Source: Octopus sinensis (taxonomy: Eukaryota). Taken from it: a stretch of DNA of 64,000 bases. How positions within the stretch are numbered: the first letter of the stretch is position 1; each line of letters starts with the position of its first letter. Position numbers and translations under genes: made by a program. The stretch spans positions 61,070,001-61,134,000 of the forward strand of contig NC_043003.1 of the NCBI RefSeq assembly GCF_006345805.1, given 5' to 3'. The notes beneath the pieces are model-generated. The model was not told the DNA's origin. It saw nothing but the letters and a program-made list of their open reading frames with translations, and ran no database searches. Shown piece by piece: positions 63,549-64,000 of this stretch.

Positions 63549-63919
63549 CTACAATTCAATACATTAGAGCAAAATTAATAATTCATTTAATGACCAAAAT
63601 CATTACAAAACTCAGCTCAAACTGATACTGAAAAGGAAAATATATATATATTCTTTAGAAAGGAAAAAGAAACTTTAATTTATGATAGAATAAAAAAATA
63701 GACATGCGGTTGATATGGCATTAAATCATTTATAAAAAAAGCTATACAGAAGCGAGTATAAAGATATTGCGCAGAAAAACAGGAAAATTAGGAAAGTAAG
63801 AGTTCATAATAAATTCATCTTCGATATATATTCTGAGGAATGTTCATGCTTTAATGCCACAGATAAAGAGAGAGAATCCCTGTAATCTCCAGTCGGAGAG
63901 AAGGAACTTTCGAGATATA

Positions 63920-64000
63920 TCTCTCTATATATAAACGGCAGTTTGTCTGTCTGCGTATCTGTGTGTCTGTTAGGTTGTACCCTCACCCTGACCACGGCTT
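63920..64000 (+). mobile_element. 5' end of a Helitron-like non-autonomous element (truncated by the window edge)
   Basis: TCTCTCTATATATAAACGGCAGTTTGTCTGTCTG start followed by a GTCT tract. Confidence 0.4.

Noticed and set aside
63368-63625. ORF-track translations over exon A (63368-63559 minus, 63413-63625 plus)
   Set aside because: Wrong frame or strand. The third minus frame carries the Rab-binding helix.

Overview
AT-rich, microsatellite-laden eukaryotic genomic DNA. The SINE families and composition point to a coleoid cephalopod, probably Octopus (inference, no database search). The whole window lies inside one minus-strand gene of the RIM superfamily of presynaptic active-zone Rab effectors (RIM/UNC-10, or a Fife/Clarinet-like paralogue). 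Three phase-compatible exons (63548-63310, 54643-54430, 3698-3531) rebuild the Rab-binding helix (PPMPDLTGLTNEEIQIISNVFRRQE), an 8-Cys FYVE-type zinc finger and a TGTWYH motif (the SGAWFF equivalent). None of the supplied ORFs shows this gene intact. A 50.7-kb intron splits the zinc finger and contains a candidate internal first exon (MSSAYIENLCSRFCA, then GTGAGT). The rest is mostly transposon-derived: tRNA-derived SINEs, an (ATT)n-tailed retroposon, CR1/RTE/R4-Dong/other LINE relics, a full-length dead mariner, MITEs and a Helentron-type element. The most unusual non-coding features are (i) a perfect 288-bp palindrome carrying a minimal type-I hammerhead fold with a compensatory G3:C8 core and a palindromic stem III, and (ii) four local inverted duplications (about 100, 99, 95 and 90% identity) that would form long dsRNA in the pre-mRNA. 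All alignments and identities were read by eye; repeat boundaries are approximate.
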